Assembly: GCA_035537955.1 (NCBI GenBank)
Contig: DATLLF010000097.1
Location: 13,184-77,183, forward strand
DNA length: 64,000 nt
Direction of reading: 5' to 3'
From: Vicinamibacterales bacterium
Lineage (GTDB): Bacteria; Acidobacteriota; Vicinamibacteria; Vicinamibacterales; 2-12-FULL-66-21
Shown: in pieces, positions 35,799 to 45,776 of the stretch
Layout of the letters: each line of letters opens with the position of its first letter
How positions within the stretch are numbered: the first letter of the stretch is position 1
The notes under the pieces: model-generated
What the model was told of the DNA's origin: nothing
The model's input: only the letters and a program-made list of their open reading frames with translations
The model's database searches: none
Made by a program: the position numbers and the translations under genes

Positions 35799-37178
35799 TT
35801 GCTGAATCTCATGCCGGATCGCAGCGGGATCGATTGGCTGCCGTGGTGCCGCGAGGCCTTCGCACGCGCTCGCCTGGAGCGCAAGCCGATCCTCCTCTCG
35901 CTCGTCACCACGTGGGCGGCAGGCTGCGCCGAAATGGATCGCACGACCTACGCCGATCCAACGACGATGGCGTTGATTGCCGCGACAGTGATTCCGGTCC
36001 GCGTCGACGCGGATCACCGTCCTGATGTCGCCGATCGATATGACCTCGGCGGGTTGCCAACGACCGCGTTTCTGACACCGGCGGGCGAGATCCTTGGTGG
36101 TGGCACGTTCGTCTCGCCGGAGCGTCTGCGTGCAGCCGTGTCAAAGGCGGCGAGAGCTGTCGAGCGGGTTCTTCCGGCGGAAGCCGGCGTCTCGTCACCG
36201 GCCGGAAGAGAACTGGACGATGCGACGCTCACCGACATCGTGTTCGCCACCTTTGATGACGAGCACGGGGGTTTCGGCTCCGCTCCCAAGTTTCCGCTGG
36301 CCGCGCCCGTCAGGCTGGCGATCGATATCTACGCCGAGAACGAAGCACCGGCGATGCTGGAGTTCGCCGTGCGCACGCTCGACGCCATGGGCTGGGGACC
36401 GCTGTTCGATGAGACGAGCGGCGGCTTCTTCCGTTGTGCCTCCGGCGCAGACTGGAGCGATCCGCAACCCCCGAAGCTGCTGTCGACCAACGCCCTCCTG
36501 CTCGATCTCTATGTCCACGCCGGCGAGATGCTGCGTCAGGACCGCTGGTTCCAGCGGGCGGCCGACATCGTCCGCTATCTCGACGCCGCGTGCGGGCCGC
36601 GCGCGTGGCCCGCGGCCGACTGCGGCGACTCGACGACACGGTTCACCGACGTCAATGCGCTGGCAGCGTCGGCGATGCTTCGTGCCGCGGCCGCATTCCA
36701 GGACGATGCGGCTGGCAAACGATCGCTCGACGTACTCGAACACGTGCTCCTCGTGTCGTACAAGCCTGGTCATGGCGTCGCGCACAGCGCGAAGGGGGCG
36801 CGCGGTCTGCTCTCGGACCAGATCTCCATGGCCATCGCGAGTCTCGATGCGTGGGAGTCCACGGGCAACATCGTTTATCGCATGATGGCTGAGGAGCTTG
36901 CCCATTACGCGCTGCGAACGATGTGGGACGACGAACGAGGAGGGTTGTTCGATCGCGATCCCGAGGCGGAGCCAGTGGATCCGCTGCCGAGAGCAGGAAA
37001 GCCGTTCGTCCTCAACTGCGACGCAGCCGTCCTGCTGCGGCGATTGGCCGAAGCGACCAACGATCGGATGTTCGCGACGCGCGCGCAGGAGACGGTCGCC
37101 GCCATGAGCGCCATCGCCGCGGATTCGGGCCCGCTGGCAGCGCACTATCTGCTCGCCCGGCGCGCCGTTCTCAGGTGA
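35799..37178 (+). CDS. thioredoxin-fold DUF255 / YyaL-like protein
   Basis: IDWLPWCREAFARARLERKPILLS...VRVDADHRPDV...FLTP parallels the YyaL N-terminus. The CxxC position reads AAGC. The start is TTG 35799 or ATG 35811. Confidence 0.75.
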   Translation: MLNLMPDRSGIDWLPWCREAFARARLERKPILLSLVTTWAAGCAEMDRTTYADPTTMALIAATVIPVRVDADHRPDVADRYDLGGLPTTAFLTPAGEILGGGTFVSPERLRAAVSKAARAVERVLPAEAGVSSPAGRELDDATLTDIVFATFDDEHGGFGSAPKFPLAAPVRLAIDIYAENEAPAMLEFAVRTLDAMGWGPLFDETSGGFFRCASGADWSDPQPPKLLSTNALLLDLYVHAGEMLRQDRWFQRAADIVRYLDAACGPRAWPAADCGDSTTRFTDVNALAASAMLRAAAAFQDDAAGKRSLDVLEHVLLVSYKPGHGVAHSAKGARGLLSDQISMAIASLDAWESTGNIVYRMMAEELAHYALRTMWDDERGGLFDRDPEAEPVDPLPRAGKPFVLNCDAAVLLRRLAEATNDRMFATRAQETVAAMSAIAADSGPLAAHYLLARRAVLR

Positions 37179-37197
37179 TAAACTTTCGACTCCCGAC

Positions 37198-39054
37198 ATG
37201 AATTCCACATCCGTTCCCGCGCTTCACAACATCGCCACACGTCTTCGCATCGATTCGATCCTGTCGACCACCGCGTCCGCGAGTGGCCATCCGACGACGT
37301 GCATGTCGGCGGCGGAGATCGTGGCGACGCTGTTCTTCTCCGAGATGCGGTTGGATCCTCACGATCCACAGAATCCGCACAGCGATCGGTTCGTGCTCTC
37401 CAAGGGTCATGCGGCGCCGATTCTGTACGCGGCATGGGCCGAGGCGGGGCTGTTTCCGCGAAGCGAGCTGCTGAAGTTGCGGCAGATCGGCTCTGATCTC
37501 GAAGGGCACCCGACGCCGCGCCTGTCGTTCGTCGACGTCGCCACTGGATCGCTGGGGCAGGGGATCTGTGCGGCGGTCGGATCGGCGCTCAACGCGAGGC
37601 GGATCGGGTCGGATTACCGGACGTACGCGCTCATCGGCGATGGCGAGATGGCCGAGGGTTCGGTGTGGGAATCGGCCAACGCGGGCATCCACCATCGCCT
37701 CGACAATCTCTGCGCCATCGTCGACGTGAACGCGCTGGGACAGAGCCAGGCGACGCAATTCGGCCACGACACCGCCGCGATCGCGTCGCGCTGGACCGCC
37801 TTCGGCTGGCACACCATCGAGGTCGACGGCCACGACGTGCAGCAGTTGCTGAATGCGTACGATCAGGCGCGGCAGACGAAGGGACGGCCGACGGCGATTG
37901 TTGCGAGAACGCTGAAGGGGAAGGGCGTCTCGTTCGTCGAAGGCAAGGAAGGCTGGCACGGGAAGGCCTTCAAGAAGGACGAAGCCGACAAGGCGGTCGC
38001 GGAGCTCGAGAAACAGATGATCGCCGACGCCGCCGCCCCGGAGATTCGCCGGCCGGACTCGAGCGGGCATCCGTTCGCCGCGCCCGCTGATTACTCGAAG
38101 ATGCCGCCGCCCGCGTATACGCTTGGAGATTCCGTGGCAACGCGCGAGGCATGGGGCACCGCGCTCGCGGCGCTGGGCGGCGTGGATCCCCGCGTGGTCG
38201 CTCTCGATGCGGATGTGAAGAACTCCACGTTCAGCGACCGTTTCGAGAAGGCGCATCCGGAACGCTTCTACGAGTTTTTCATCGCCGAGCAGGCGATGAT
38301 CGGCGCCGCGATGGGCCTCGCCGCACGAGGTGCGATCCCTTTTCCCTCGACGTTTGCCTGCTTTCTCACGCGCGCCAGCGACTTCATCCGCATGGCAGGG
38401 ATCTCGAGGTCGAATGTGAAGCTCGCCGGTTCTCACGCTGGCGTGTCGATCGGCGAAGACGGGCCGTCGCAGATGGCGCTCGAAGACCTCGCCATGATGC
38501 GCGGCGTTCCGGATTGCGCGGTGCTCTACCCGTGCGACGCGACGAGCGCCGAGCGGCTCGTCGCCGCGATGGCGCAGCGCCCGGGCATGGCGTACATGCG
38601 CACATCGCGCCCGAAGACGCCGGTCATTTACGGTCCGGATGAAACGTTTCCCATTGGCGGGTCCAAGGTGCTCCGGCAGAGCGACAACGATGTCGCGGCG
38701 GTGATCACTGCCGGAGTCACCGTCTTCGAGGCGCTGAAGGCGTTCGATCAGCTCCAGAAGGAGGGCATCGCGATCCGCGTGATCGATGCATATTCGGTGC
38801 AGCCGATCGATGCGCAGGCGATGATCGACGCGGCGACAGCCACCGGTGGCGCCGTGATCACCGTCGAGGATCACTATGCCGCCGGAGGTATCGGCGACGC
38901 GGTGAGCGAGGCGATCGCGCCGGCTGGTTTCGCGGTGCGCCGCCTGGCGGTGCGTGAGATTCCGCGCAGCGGACAGCCCGAGGAACTCCTGGACCGCTAC
39001 GGGATCTCGGCCCCTCACATCGTGGACGCGGTCCGCGCCGCGCGCCGGCAGTAA
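37198..39054 (+). CDS. tkt: transketolase
   Basis: 618 aa with the N-terminal TPP-binding block SGHPTTCMSAAEI, then GDGEMAEGSVWE, and the C-terminal pyrimidine-binding and C-terminal domains. Confidence 0.9.
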   Translation: MNSTSVPALHNIATRLRIDSILSTTASASGHPTTCMSAAEIVATLFFSEMRLDPHDPQNPHSDRFVLSKGHAAPILYAAWAEAGLFPRSELLKLRQIGSDLEGHPTPRLSFVDVATGSLGQGICAAVGSALNARRIGSDYRTYALIGDGEMAEGSVWESANAGIHHRLDNLCAIVDVNALGQSQATQFGHDTAAIASRWTAFGWHTIEVDGHDVQQLLNAYDQARQTKGRPTAIVARTLKGKGVSFVEGKEGWHGKAFKKDEADKAVAELEKQMIADAAAPEIRRPDSSGHPFAAPADYSKMPPPAYTLGDSVATREAWGTALAALGGVDPRVVALDADVKNSTFSDRFEKAHPERFYEFFIAEQAMIGAAMGLAARGAIPFPSTFACFLTRASDFIRMAGISRSNVKLAGSHAGVSIGEDGPSQMALEDLAMMRGVPDCAVLYPCDATSAERLVAAMAQRPGMAYMRTSRPKTPVIYGPDETFPIGGSKVLRQSDNDVAAVITAGVTVFEALKAFDQLQKEGIAIRVIDAYSVQPIDAQAMIDAATATGGAVITVEDHYAAGGIGDAVSEAIAPAGFAVRRLAVREIPRSGQPEELLDRYGISAPHIVDAVRAARRQ

Positions 39055-39056
39055 CA

Positions 39057-41927
39057 ATGCGACGCGTACTCGCCGCCGCCGCATCCGCGGCTGCGATCGT
39101 CACGGTCGGTCTCACCCTGCTCGCACAATCGTCGCTGCAGCACGGCGTACAGGATCCCGCGTGGGCAACGACAGGCAAGCAGCTCGCCTTCTCTTTCTTC
39201 GATCGCATCTGGATTTCCGGAACCGACGGCCGGGGCGGCCGCCAACTGCGCCCGCAATCATCGTCGGTGGAGCGTGATCCGTCGTGGTCGGCCGACGGTC
39301 GATCGATCGCGTTTGCCGCCGATGAGGGGCAGGGATTCGATCTGTTCGTCGCGAGCGCCGACGGGAAGAACGTGCGTCGACTGACCGAGACGAGCGGCGA
39401 CGAACGGTGGCCGTCCTGGACGACCGATGGCCGGATCGTTTTCAGCCGTCGAGCGAGCGCGTTCGATCCCTGGCAGATGCACGTGATCTCCGCCACCGGC
39501 GGTGAGGCCAGCGCACTCTTTCCCGATGCGTCCTCCGACAGCGAGCGCGAACCGCGCGTGTCGCCCGACGGCAAGCGCGTCGCTTACATTTCGGACCGCG
39601 ACAGCACCGACGGTGATGTCGATCTGTGGGTCGCGGAGTTGCCCGGTGGCGACGCGCGGCGCAGGCAGCGTTCTCGCCTGACGCGCGTTCGTGGAACCGA
39701 GGGATATCCCGCGTGGGCGCCAGACGGGACGCGCATCGCGTATTACGCCCAACGTGAAGGCGCGGGATCCGTATGGGTGACCCCGGTGAACGCATCGCAG
39801 GGTTCCGGGCCCGCAGCCGCTCCCGACCTTCGACCGGCCGAACAGCCGGTGCTCGTGTCACGCCGCGGTGGTGCTCCCGCGTGGTCGCCTGATGGAAGAC
39901 GCATTGCCATCGCCGAGCTGCCGCCCGCCGAGCCCTCGTACAACGGCAACCCGCTCCGCAATCCCGACGATCCGCCGCCGGCGTTCGCACCGGAAGGCTT
40001 CAGCCTGTGGCTCGTCGATGCGCCGACGCCAGTCGATTCGGGCGCGCGGCCGCTGAACCCCGGTTCGATTTCGTCCGCGCAGCTGACCGCCGCATTCGAC
40101 CGGGTGTGGGAAACACTCCGCCGCCTCTATTACTCGACCGGATCGTCGGCTGACGAATGGCGTGCGCTGAAGGAGAAGTACCGCCCGCAGGCGGCCGCCG
40201 CGCATGACGATGCATCCCTCGAGAGCGTTGTCGACCGGATGGTGGCCGAGCAGCCGCTGATCAAGACTCCCGTTTCCTCGAGGCGCGCCGTCGTCGTTTC
40301 CGGGAATCCGCTTGCATCGCAAGCGGGGCTGCTGGCGCTCGAAAAAGGCGGTAACGTCGTCGACGCGGCGATCGCGGTGTCCTTCGCGCTCGGCGTGGTC
40401 GAACCGGACGCATCGGGCGTCGGCGGCGACGGAATGGCGCTCGTGTATCTGAAGGGGATGAGCGAGCCGGTCGCGATCGACTACAAGGACCAGACGCCGA
40501 TTCACGCGACGAGCGACAACCCAGTCCTGCGCGCGTCGACCGGCGACGGGCCGGCCGCCGCGAACATTCCCGGCGTCGTTGCCGGTCTCGACGAGTTGTA
40601 CCGCCGGTACGGCAGCAAGAAGGTGGAGTGGGCCGATTTGATCGCCCCCGCGATCGAGCATGCCGAGAAGGGATTCGTGCTCGACGAGGCGCTGCCGACG
40701 TCGGTTGCCGAAGGACGTCGCTTCTTCGACAAGTATCCGGCTGCGAAGAAGATCTACCTGCCCGACGGGAAATTGCCAAAGCCCGGTGACCGGTTCGTGA
40801 ACAAGGACTACGCTGCTACGCTGCGGGCGATCGCGCAGGGTGGCGCGCAGGCGTTCTACCGGGGCGAGATCGCGCGGCGGATCGCCGCGGACATGGCGCG
40901 CAACGGCGGTTTGATCACCGTCGACGATCTCGCGCAGTACCGCGCCATCGAGCGGCGTCCTCTCGCGGGGCGCTACCGCGAGCACGCGATTTATTCCGCG
41001 CCACCGCCGGTTTCAACCGGTCTGCAATTGATCGAAACGCTGCAGATCCTGGAGAATCTTCCCTCGGCGCGTTTTTCCTCGACTCGCTCCGCCCGCTCGG
41101 GACAGGCGCTCTATGCGAGCGACGCGGATTACTTCCACTACGTCATCGAAGCGTGGAAGGTGCGCGACCAGTCGGCGCGCATTGCGGATCCCGCGTTGTG
41201 GAATGTCGATCTCGGGCCGCACCTGGATCCGGTCCATGCCGCGACGTTGTTCAAGCGCATCGACCCGCAAAAAGCATCCCGCTACGGCGGTGGCCCTCAG
41301 GAGTCCACCGACAGACCCGAACGCATCGGCCGCGGCACCACCGCATTTGCCGTCGCCGACAGCGAAGGCAACATGATCGCGGTGACGCAGACGCTGAGCA
41401 CGTGGGGCGGAACGTTCTACGTATCCGACGGCCTCGGCTTCCTCTATAACAATCACCTGCGTTTCGGTGGCGGCGGCGCGCCGGGACGATTCCTCCCGCT
41501 CGCACGGTCGTCCAGCACCAGCGTCCCGACGCTGGTCTTCAAAAAGGACGCCGCCGCCGCCGGCCCCGGCGCGCCACTGCTCGCCGTCGCCGCTGCCGGG
41601 AATGCATGGATACCGGCGTCGGTCTACGACGTGATCCTCAACGTGGTGGACGGAGGGATGAGCGCGCAGCAGGCGATCGAAGCTCCGCGCTTCCTCGTGG
41701 GAAGAGATCCGCTGGAGAACGCCGTCGGACGGATGCAGATCGAGGATCGCTTCCCCCGCGAGATCCTGCAGGATCTGATGAATCGAGGGCATCGCTTCAC
41801 CAAGATCGGCCGCAAGGGCGAAGTGCGCTACGGCTACGCCGCGGCGGTCGTCATCGATGCGACGAAAGGGGAAGTGCAGGGAGGCGCAGAGCCGCGCAGG
41901 TCACACGGGGCTGCGGGGCTCCGCTGA
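39057..41927 (+). CDS. fusion of TolB-like PD40 beta-propeller repeats with gamma-glutamyltranspeptidase
   Basis: Signal peptide, then five PD40-like units (PSWSADGRSIAF, PSWTTDGRIVF, VSPDGKRVAY, PAWAPDGTRIAY, PAWSPDGRRIAI). GGT region has SGNPLASQAGL and the nucleophile block GTTAFAVAD. Confidence 0.85.
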   Translation: MRRVLAAAASAAAIVTVGLTLLAQSSLQHGVQDPAWATTGKQLAFSFFDRIWISGTDGRGGRQLRPQSSSVERDPSWSADGRSIAFAADEGQGFDLFVASADGKNVRRLTETSGDERWPSWTTDGRIVFSRRASAFDPWQMHVISATGGEASALFPDASSDSEREPRVSPDGKRVAYISDRDSTDGDVDLWVAELPGGDARRRQRSRLTRVRGTEGYPAWAPDGTRIAYYAQREGAGSVWVTPVNASQGSGPAAAPDLRPAEQPVLVSRRGGAPAWSPDGRRIAIAELPPAEPSYNGNPLRNPDDPPPAFAPEGFSLWLVDAPTPVDSGARPLNPGSISSAQLTAAFDRVWETLRRLYYSTGSSADEWRALKEKYRPQAAAAHDDASLESVVDRMVAEQPLIKTPVSSRRAVVVSGNPLASQAGLLALEKGGNVVDAAIAVSFALGVVEPDASGVGGDGMALVYLKGMSEPVAIDYKDQTPIHATSDNPVLRASTGDGPAAANIPGVVAGLDELYRRYGSKKVEWADLIAPAIEHAEKGFVLDEALPTSVAEGRRFFDKYPAAKKIYLPDGKLPKPGDRFVNKDYAATLRAIAQGGAQAFYRGEIARRIAADMARNGGLITVDDLAQYRAIERRPLAGRYREHAIYSAPPPVSTGLQLIETLQILENLPSARFSSTRSARSGQALYASDADYFHYVIEAWKVRDQSARIADPALWNVDLGPHLDPVHAATLFKRIDPQKASRYGGGPQESTDRPERIGRGTTAFAVADSEGNMIAVTQTLSTWGGTFYVSDGLGFLYNNHLRFGGGGAPGRFLPLARSSSTSVPTLVFKKDAAAAGPGAPLLAVAAAGNAWIPASVYDVILNVVDGGMSAQQAIEAPRFLVGRDPLENAVGRMQIEDRFPREILQDLMNRGHRFTKIGRKGEVRYGYAAAVVIDATKGEVQGGAEPRRSHGAAGLR

Positions 41928-42031
41928 CAACTCCAAGCTTCACACGTCAAAAACTCCAAACTCAAAATCCTGGCAAGCGGTTGTCTGCCGTTTCCTCTTT
42001 TTGTTTTTGCAGTTTGGAGCAAGAAGTTGTC
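41926..42031. repeat. low-GC heptad-repeat hairpin element, copy D
   Basis: GACAACTCCAAG...AAACTCCAAACTC pairs imperfectly with GCAGTTTGGAGCAAGAAGTTGTC. Its loop shares CTGGCAAGC with copy A. It lies between convergent stops at 41925-41927 and 42036-42038. Confidence 0.7.
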
Positions 42032-42035
42032 AGGT

Positions 42036-45000
42036 TCAGGCGACCACCGGAATACTGGTCGTCGAACTTTCGTAGAGTCCGGCCTGGCCGGGCGCTTCCA
42101 TGATCCCGGCGAACACCTGTTTCAGCATTTCCGGCCGATCGCCGAGCATCTCGAAGAGATCGTCGCGATCGATGAACAGCGCGAGGCCGGCGCGGGTGAC
42201 ACGGGCGTTCTGTCCGATGCGCGGTCCCGCGAGCGCCGCGAACGACCCGATGGCGTCGCCTCCGCGCGCCACCGCGGCGGGGTGAGTGTCGTTCGCCTCG
42301 AGTTCCACTTCGCCTGAGAGGACCAGCCACGTGCCGGGCTCATCGGACGCCTGGAACAGCTGCGTGCCCCCTGTCATCTCCACTGCGCGCGTGATGCTCG
42401 CCAGCTGCTGCGTCTCCTCCGCCGAGAGGTTGCGGAAGATCGGCACGTGCTGGAGGGCGATGACCTTTTCGACCGGTGTCAAACCACCCGCGCCGAGCTG
42501 CTCGAACTCGCGCGCCGCGCCGGTCGGGAAGACCTGCGCCACACCCGCCTTCTGCGCCCGGATCGCCATCGTCGCGAAGAGGCCGCGCACCAGCTCCGTG
42601 CTGTAGGCGAGCTGCGTCCGCAGTTCTTCGGCGGTGAGTGCGAGCGTCACCGCAATGCCCGACGTCTTCACGGTCTTGCGCATCGGCCTGGACTGCAGCG
42701 CTTCCATGAAGCCCAGTGACGACGGGGCGGTCAACGTCTCCGGCGGCCGACGCTCGCTCGTGACGATGACCTCGCCATCGAGCAGCACGTGGATCATCTC
42801 CGGCGCGGAGCGTTCCAGGAGGAGGATCGTGCCCGGCTCGTGGCGTATCTGCCGTGAGGCGCCCGCGATCCTGAAGAGCTCGTCGACGGTGACCGACGAG
42901 AAGAGGGGGAGCGCGCGCAGTTCCGACGCGAGCACCGCCGCCGGAAGCGGCTCCAGCCACAGCTCTCGTCTGCGCTCGGCGGGCATGCGCTGCTCGGCGA
43001 GCGCCCATGATGCCGCTTCGAACACGAACCAGTCGCTCACGTCGCGGTGCGCGAGCACGTGCTCGATGTCGGGCGCGAGCGTCCACATCTTGCGCTGCCG
43101 TACGACGTCGATGGCGCAGGCCGAGACGACCTGGTCGTCGTCGTTGATCAACTGCAGCAGCGTTTCCTCCACATCGCGCGGACGGGTGCGGATAAGCACG
43201 TTGCCGCGGCGCACCTTTTCTTCGACCGGCATGTCCTCGAGCACCGGCATCACCATCTTGCGGATGTTGCCGGTCAGCAGGTTGTCGAGGTACTCGGACG
43301 CGCTTGCGCGGTTGCGCGCGTCGCCCTGGGCGAGCGTCCACTGGGCCGCCGCGATGTCGTTGGGCGGATAGATGAGCGCGAGCAGCCGGTAGATCCGATC
43401 TCCCGCCCGCTCCATCTTCTGGCGCAGTGCCGTCGCCAGCAGCGACGCATTGTCCAGTTCGCCGCGTCCGGTCAGGTTGTGCCGCAGCGACAGATACGTG
43501 AAGTAGTGCCGCGCCTCGCGCGTGATCGACGCTTCGATCTTCTCGGGCGGGAACTTGAGGCGCTCGTCCGCTCGCCGGACCCGGCCGAGTGCCGACACCA
43601 CTTTGTAGCGCAGGAACCCGTCAGGGTCGTCGATTCGAGCGAGCAGCGCGTCGGCCGCCTTCTGCGACGGGATCATTGCAATCGTGCTCGGCACGTGGCG
43701 GCGGATCCAGATGTCCTCCTGCTCGTCCGCCATGAAGTAGGCAAGCGGATCGATGACCGCCTCGCCATAGCTGACGAGCACGTCACGCGCACGCCCTTTC
43801 AGATGACGGTTGCGCAGCAGGCTGACCAGCACCGGCACGAACATGAAATCCGCGGTGCCGCTCTTGCGCACGCTTTCCATCGCCTCATCGGCGACATCGC
43901 CGTAGGGATCGTGCAGCAGGGGAATGAGCAGCCGCTGGAAGCGCGCCTCTTTCACCTGGCCGAGTGCGGCCGCGACTTCGCGGCGTGCCGACCGTGTGTC
44001 TTCGTCGGTGCCCGACACGATGTCGCCGAGTGTCGCCTCCGCGGCGTTCAGATCTGCAAGATTCTGGCTGGCGGCCAGCGCAACCGCGGCCGTGGCGCGA
44101 ATGCGCGGATCGGCGTCCGCGAGCATGGGTCGCGCGAGCGTCGACGCATCTTCTCCCGCGATCGCGCCGAGCGCCCTGAGCGCGGCGGCGCGGACGCCGG
44201 GATGCGGATCACCCACGGCGCGCCGCACCTGTGCCACCCATTGACTGGCGAAGTCGCTCTTCGTCTCGCCGATCGCGCGAAGCGCGCGCTCGCGCACCGG
44301 CGCCGACTCGTGGTAGAGCAGCAGCGGTGTCACGAGGTTGCTCTTGTCGAGCGACGTGAGCATGTCGATGGCGTAGAGCACGCGCGCCGGCTGTGGATGC
44401 GACAGCTCCTGGACCAGCGTCTCGATGGTCGAGAGATCGCCGCCGCTCAGCCGGACCTCCGCGGGCTCGACGGCCCGCGATTCGAGGCTGCGACGGAACG
44501 ACAGGAGGTACTCGCGCTTCGCGCGCACCGCCATGAAGTACCAGACCACCGTGAGCACCAGGCTGACGAAGCTCAGTTGATACCACTGGAGCGCCAGGCC
44601 CCACGGCTGAATCAGCACGAGCATCAGCAGTGCGCCGAGCCCTCGCGACAGCCGATCGACCGTCACGTCAACGAACGGCTTCACCTCCTGCCGCAGCGCT
44701 GTCGGCAGCGGGAGGAACAGCACTTCGCGCGTCGTCTTGTCGACCGTGTAGCGGAGCGAGCGGTCGAGCACGCTGGCCGCCGCGGGAGCCCAGAGCGCGG
44801 CGTTCAGCAGAATGATCACAGCGGTGGCGCCGAGGTTCGTCGGCAGCATCAGCAGCGCGAAGCCGATGCCGAGGTACTTGTGGATCCTCGGCGTGATCCA
44901 GACCTGGATGACGAACGCGGCTACCGATAGATAGAAGCGGACCTGCGCCAGGAAGGCGCTGATCGAGTCCGTCTCTCCGCGCCCCTTGAACACCTCGGCC

Positions 45001-45764
45001 GCCATGTTGAGCTGCTGATCGATCAGCGCCGCGCCGAGCGAACCGAACGCGATCACGACGGCGATGAGCTGAATCTGCTTCGATTCTCGCAGCAGCCCGA
45101 ACGCGCGTGACAGGCTGACGCCACGCTCCTCGTCAGGAACCGCCGCCGCCGCGGCCGCATCCTGCTCGCGCTTGACGATGATCACGACGATGCCCGCGCA
45201 GGCGAGAAGCAGGGCGGAGCTGCACAGCAGCAGCGTGTTTACACCGATCCGCTCGACCAGCGTGGCGGTCAGCCCCGCGCCGGTCATTCCGCCGAGGGCG
45301 ACGCCGCCGCCGATGAAGCCGAACATCCGTTTGGCCTGACGCGGGTCGTACACGCCGTTGGCGAGTGTCCAGAACTGGCTGATGAGCAACGCGCCGAGCA
45401 ACAAGCCCCAGAGATAGAAGGCGACCGACACCCACTCGCCGCCACCCTGGAAGAGGACCCAGAACCCGAGCATGATGACAGCCATGCCGGCTTGCGTGAT
45501 CGGCAGCGCCCAGCGGCGAGGCAGCGCGCTGACGATGCGCGTGTAGGCGAGCATCAGAAAGCCGATGATGAGTCCGGAACCGAAGATGACCCATGGCACG
45601 TTCACCGCTCCCAGGCTGGCGATCAGCTTCGATCGCGTGAGCGGTTGAATGATGTTGTACGCGGTCATACAGAGGAACGCGTAGACGAACATCAGCGTGA
45701 TGCCCGTCGCTTCCTCTTTACGCACCTCCACCATGGGGGAGAGCAAGCGCTGCAGCAGGGACAT
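42036..45764 (-). CDS. TLC/Npt-type transporter homologue fused to HEAT repeats and two cyclic-nucleotide-binding-like domains
   Basis: TM domain has LWGLLLGALLISQFWTLAN...QAKRMFGFIG and YTVDKTTREVLFLPLP. HEAT units include DPHPGVRAAALRALG and DADPRIRATAAVAL. CNB-like modules begin LRALPLFSSVTVDELF and LQHVPIFRNLSAEETQ. I prefer ATG 45764 over GTG 45770. Confidence 0.8.
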   Translation of the reverse strand: MSLLQRLLSPMVEVRKEEATGITLMFVYAFLCMTAYNIIQPLTRSKLIASLGAVNVPWVIFGSGLIIGFLMLAYTRIVSALPRRWALPITQAGMAVIMLGFWVLFQGGGEWVSVAFYLWGLLLGALLISQFWTLANGVYDPRQAKRMFGFIGGGVALGGMTGAGLTATLVERIGVNTLLLCSSALLLACAGIVVIIVKREQDAAAAAAVPDEERGVSLSRAFGLLRESKQIQLIAVVIAFGSLGAALIDQQLNMAAEVFKGRGETDSISAFLAQVRFYLSVAAFVIQVWITPRIHKYLGIGFALLMLPTNLGATAVIILLNAALWAPAAASVLDRSLRYTVDKTTREVLFLPLPTALRQEVKPFVDVTVDRLSRGLGALLMLVLIQPWGLALQWYQLSFVSLVLTVVWYFMAVRAKREYLLSFRRSLESRAVEPAEVRLSGGDLSTIETLVQELSHPQPARVLYAIDMLTSLDKSNLVTPLLLYHESAPVRERALRAIGETKSDFASQWVAQVRRAVGDPHPGVRAAALRALGAIAGEDASTLARPMLADADPRIRATAAVALAASQNLADLNAAEATLGDIVSGTDEDTRSARREVAAALGQVKEARFQRLLIPLLHDPYGDVADEAMESVRKSGTADFMFVPVLVSLLRNRHLKGRARDVLVSYGEAVIDPLAYFMADEQEDIWIRRHVPSTIAMIPSQKAADALLARIDDPDGFLRYKVVSALGRVRRADERLKFPPEKIEASITREARHYFTYLSLRHNLTGRGELDNASLLATALRQKMERAGDRIYRLLALIYPPNDIAAAQWTLAQGDARNRASASEYLDNLLTGNIRKMVMPVLEDMPVEEKVRRGNVLIRTRPRDVEETLLQLINDDDQVVSACAIDVVRQRKMWTLAPDIEHVLAHRDVSDWFVFEAASWALAEQRMPAERRRELWLEPLPAAVLASELRALPLFSSVTVDELFRIAGASRQIRHEPGTILLLERSAPEMIHVLLDGEVIVTSERRPPETLTAPSSLGFMEALQSRPMRKTVKTSGIAVTLALTAEELRTQLAYSTELVRGLFATMAIRAQKAGVAQVFPTGAAREFEQLGAGGLTPVEKVIALQHVPIFRNLSAEETQQLASITRAVEMTGGTQLFQASDEPGTWLVLSGEVELEANDTHPAAVARGGDAIGSFAALAGPRIGQNARVTRAGLALFIDRDDLFEMLGDRPEMLKQVFAGIMEAPGQAGLYESSTTSIPVVA

Positions 45765-45770
45765 GGGCAC

Positions 45771-45776
45771 AGCCTA
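45771..45776 (-). promoter_or_regulatory. -10-like TAGGCT, 6 nt upstream of ATG 45764
   Basis: The minus strand reads TAGGCT GTGCCC ATG. No Shine-Dalgarno sequence. Confidence 0.3.

Noticed and set aside
37171-39084. 637-aa ORF antisense to the transketolase gene
   Set aside because: It is extremely Arg/His/Gly-rich with no motif, and it mirrors a gene with unmistakable transketolase motifs. This is a typical high-GC shadow ORF.
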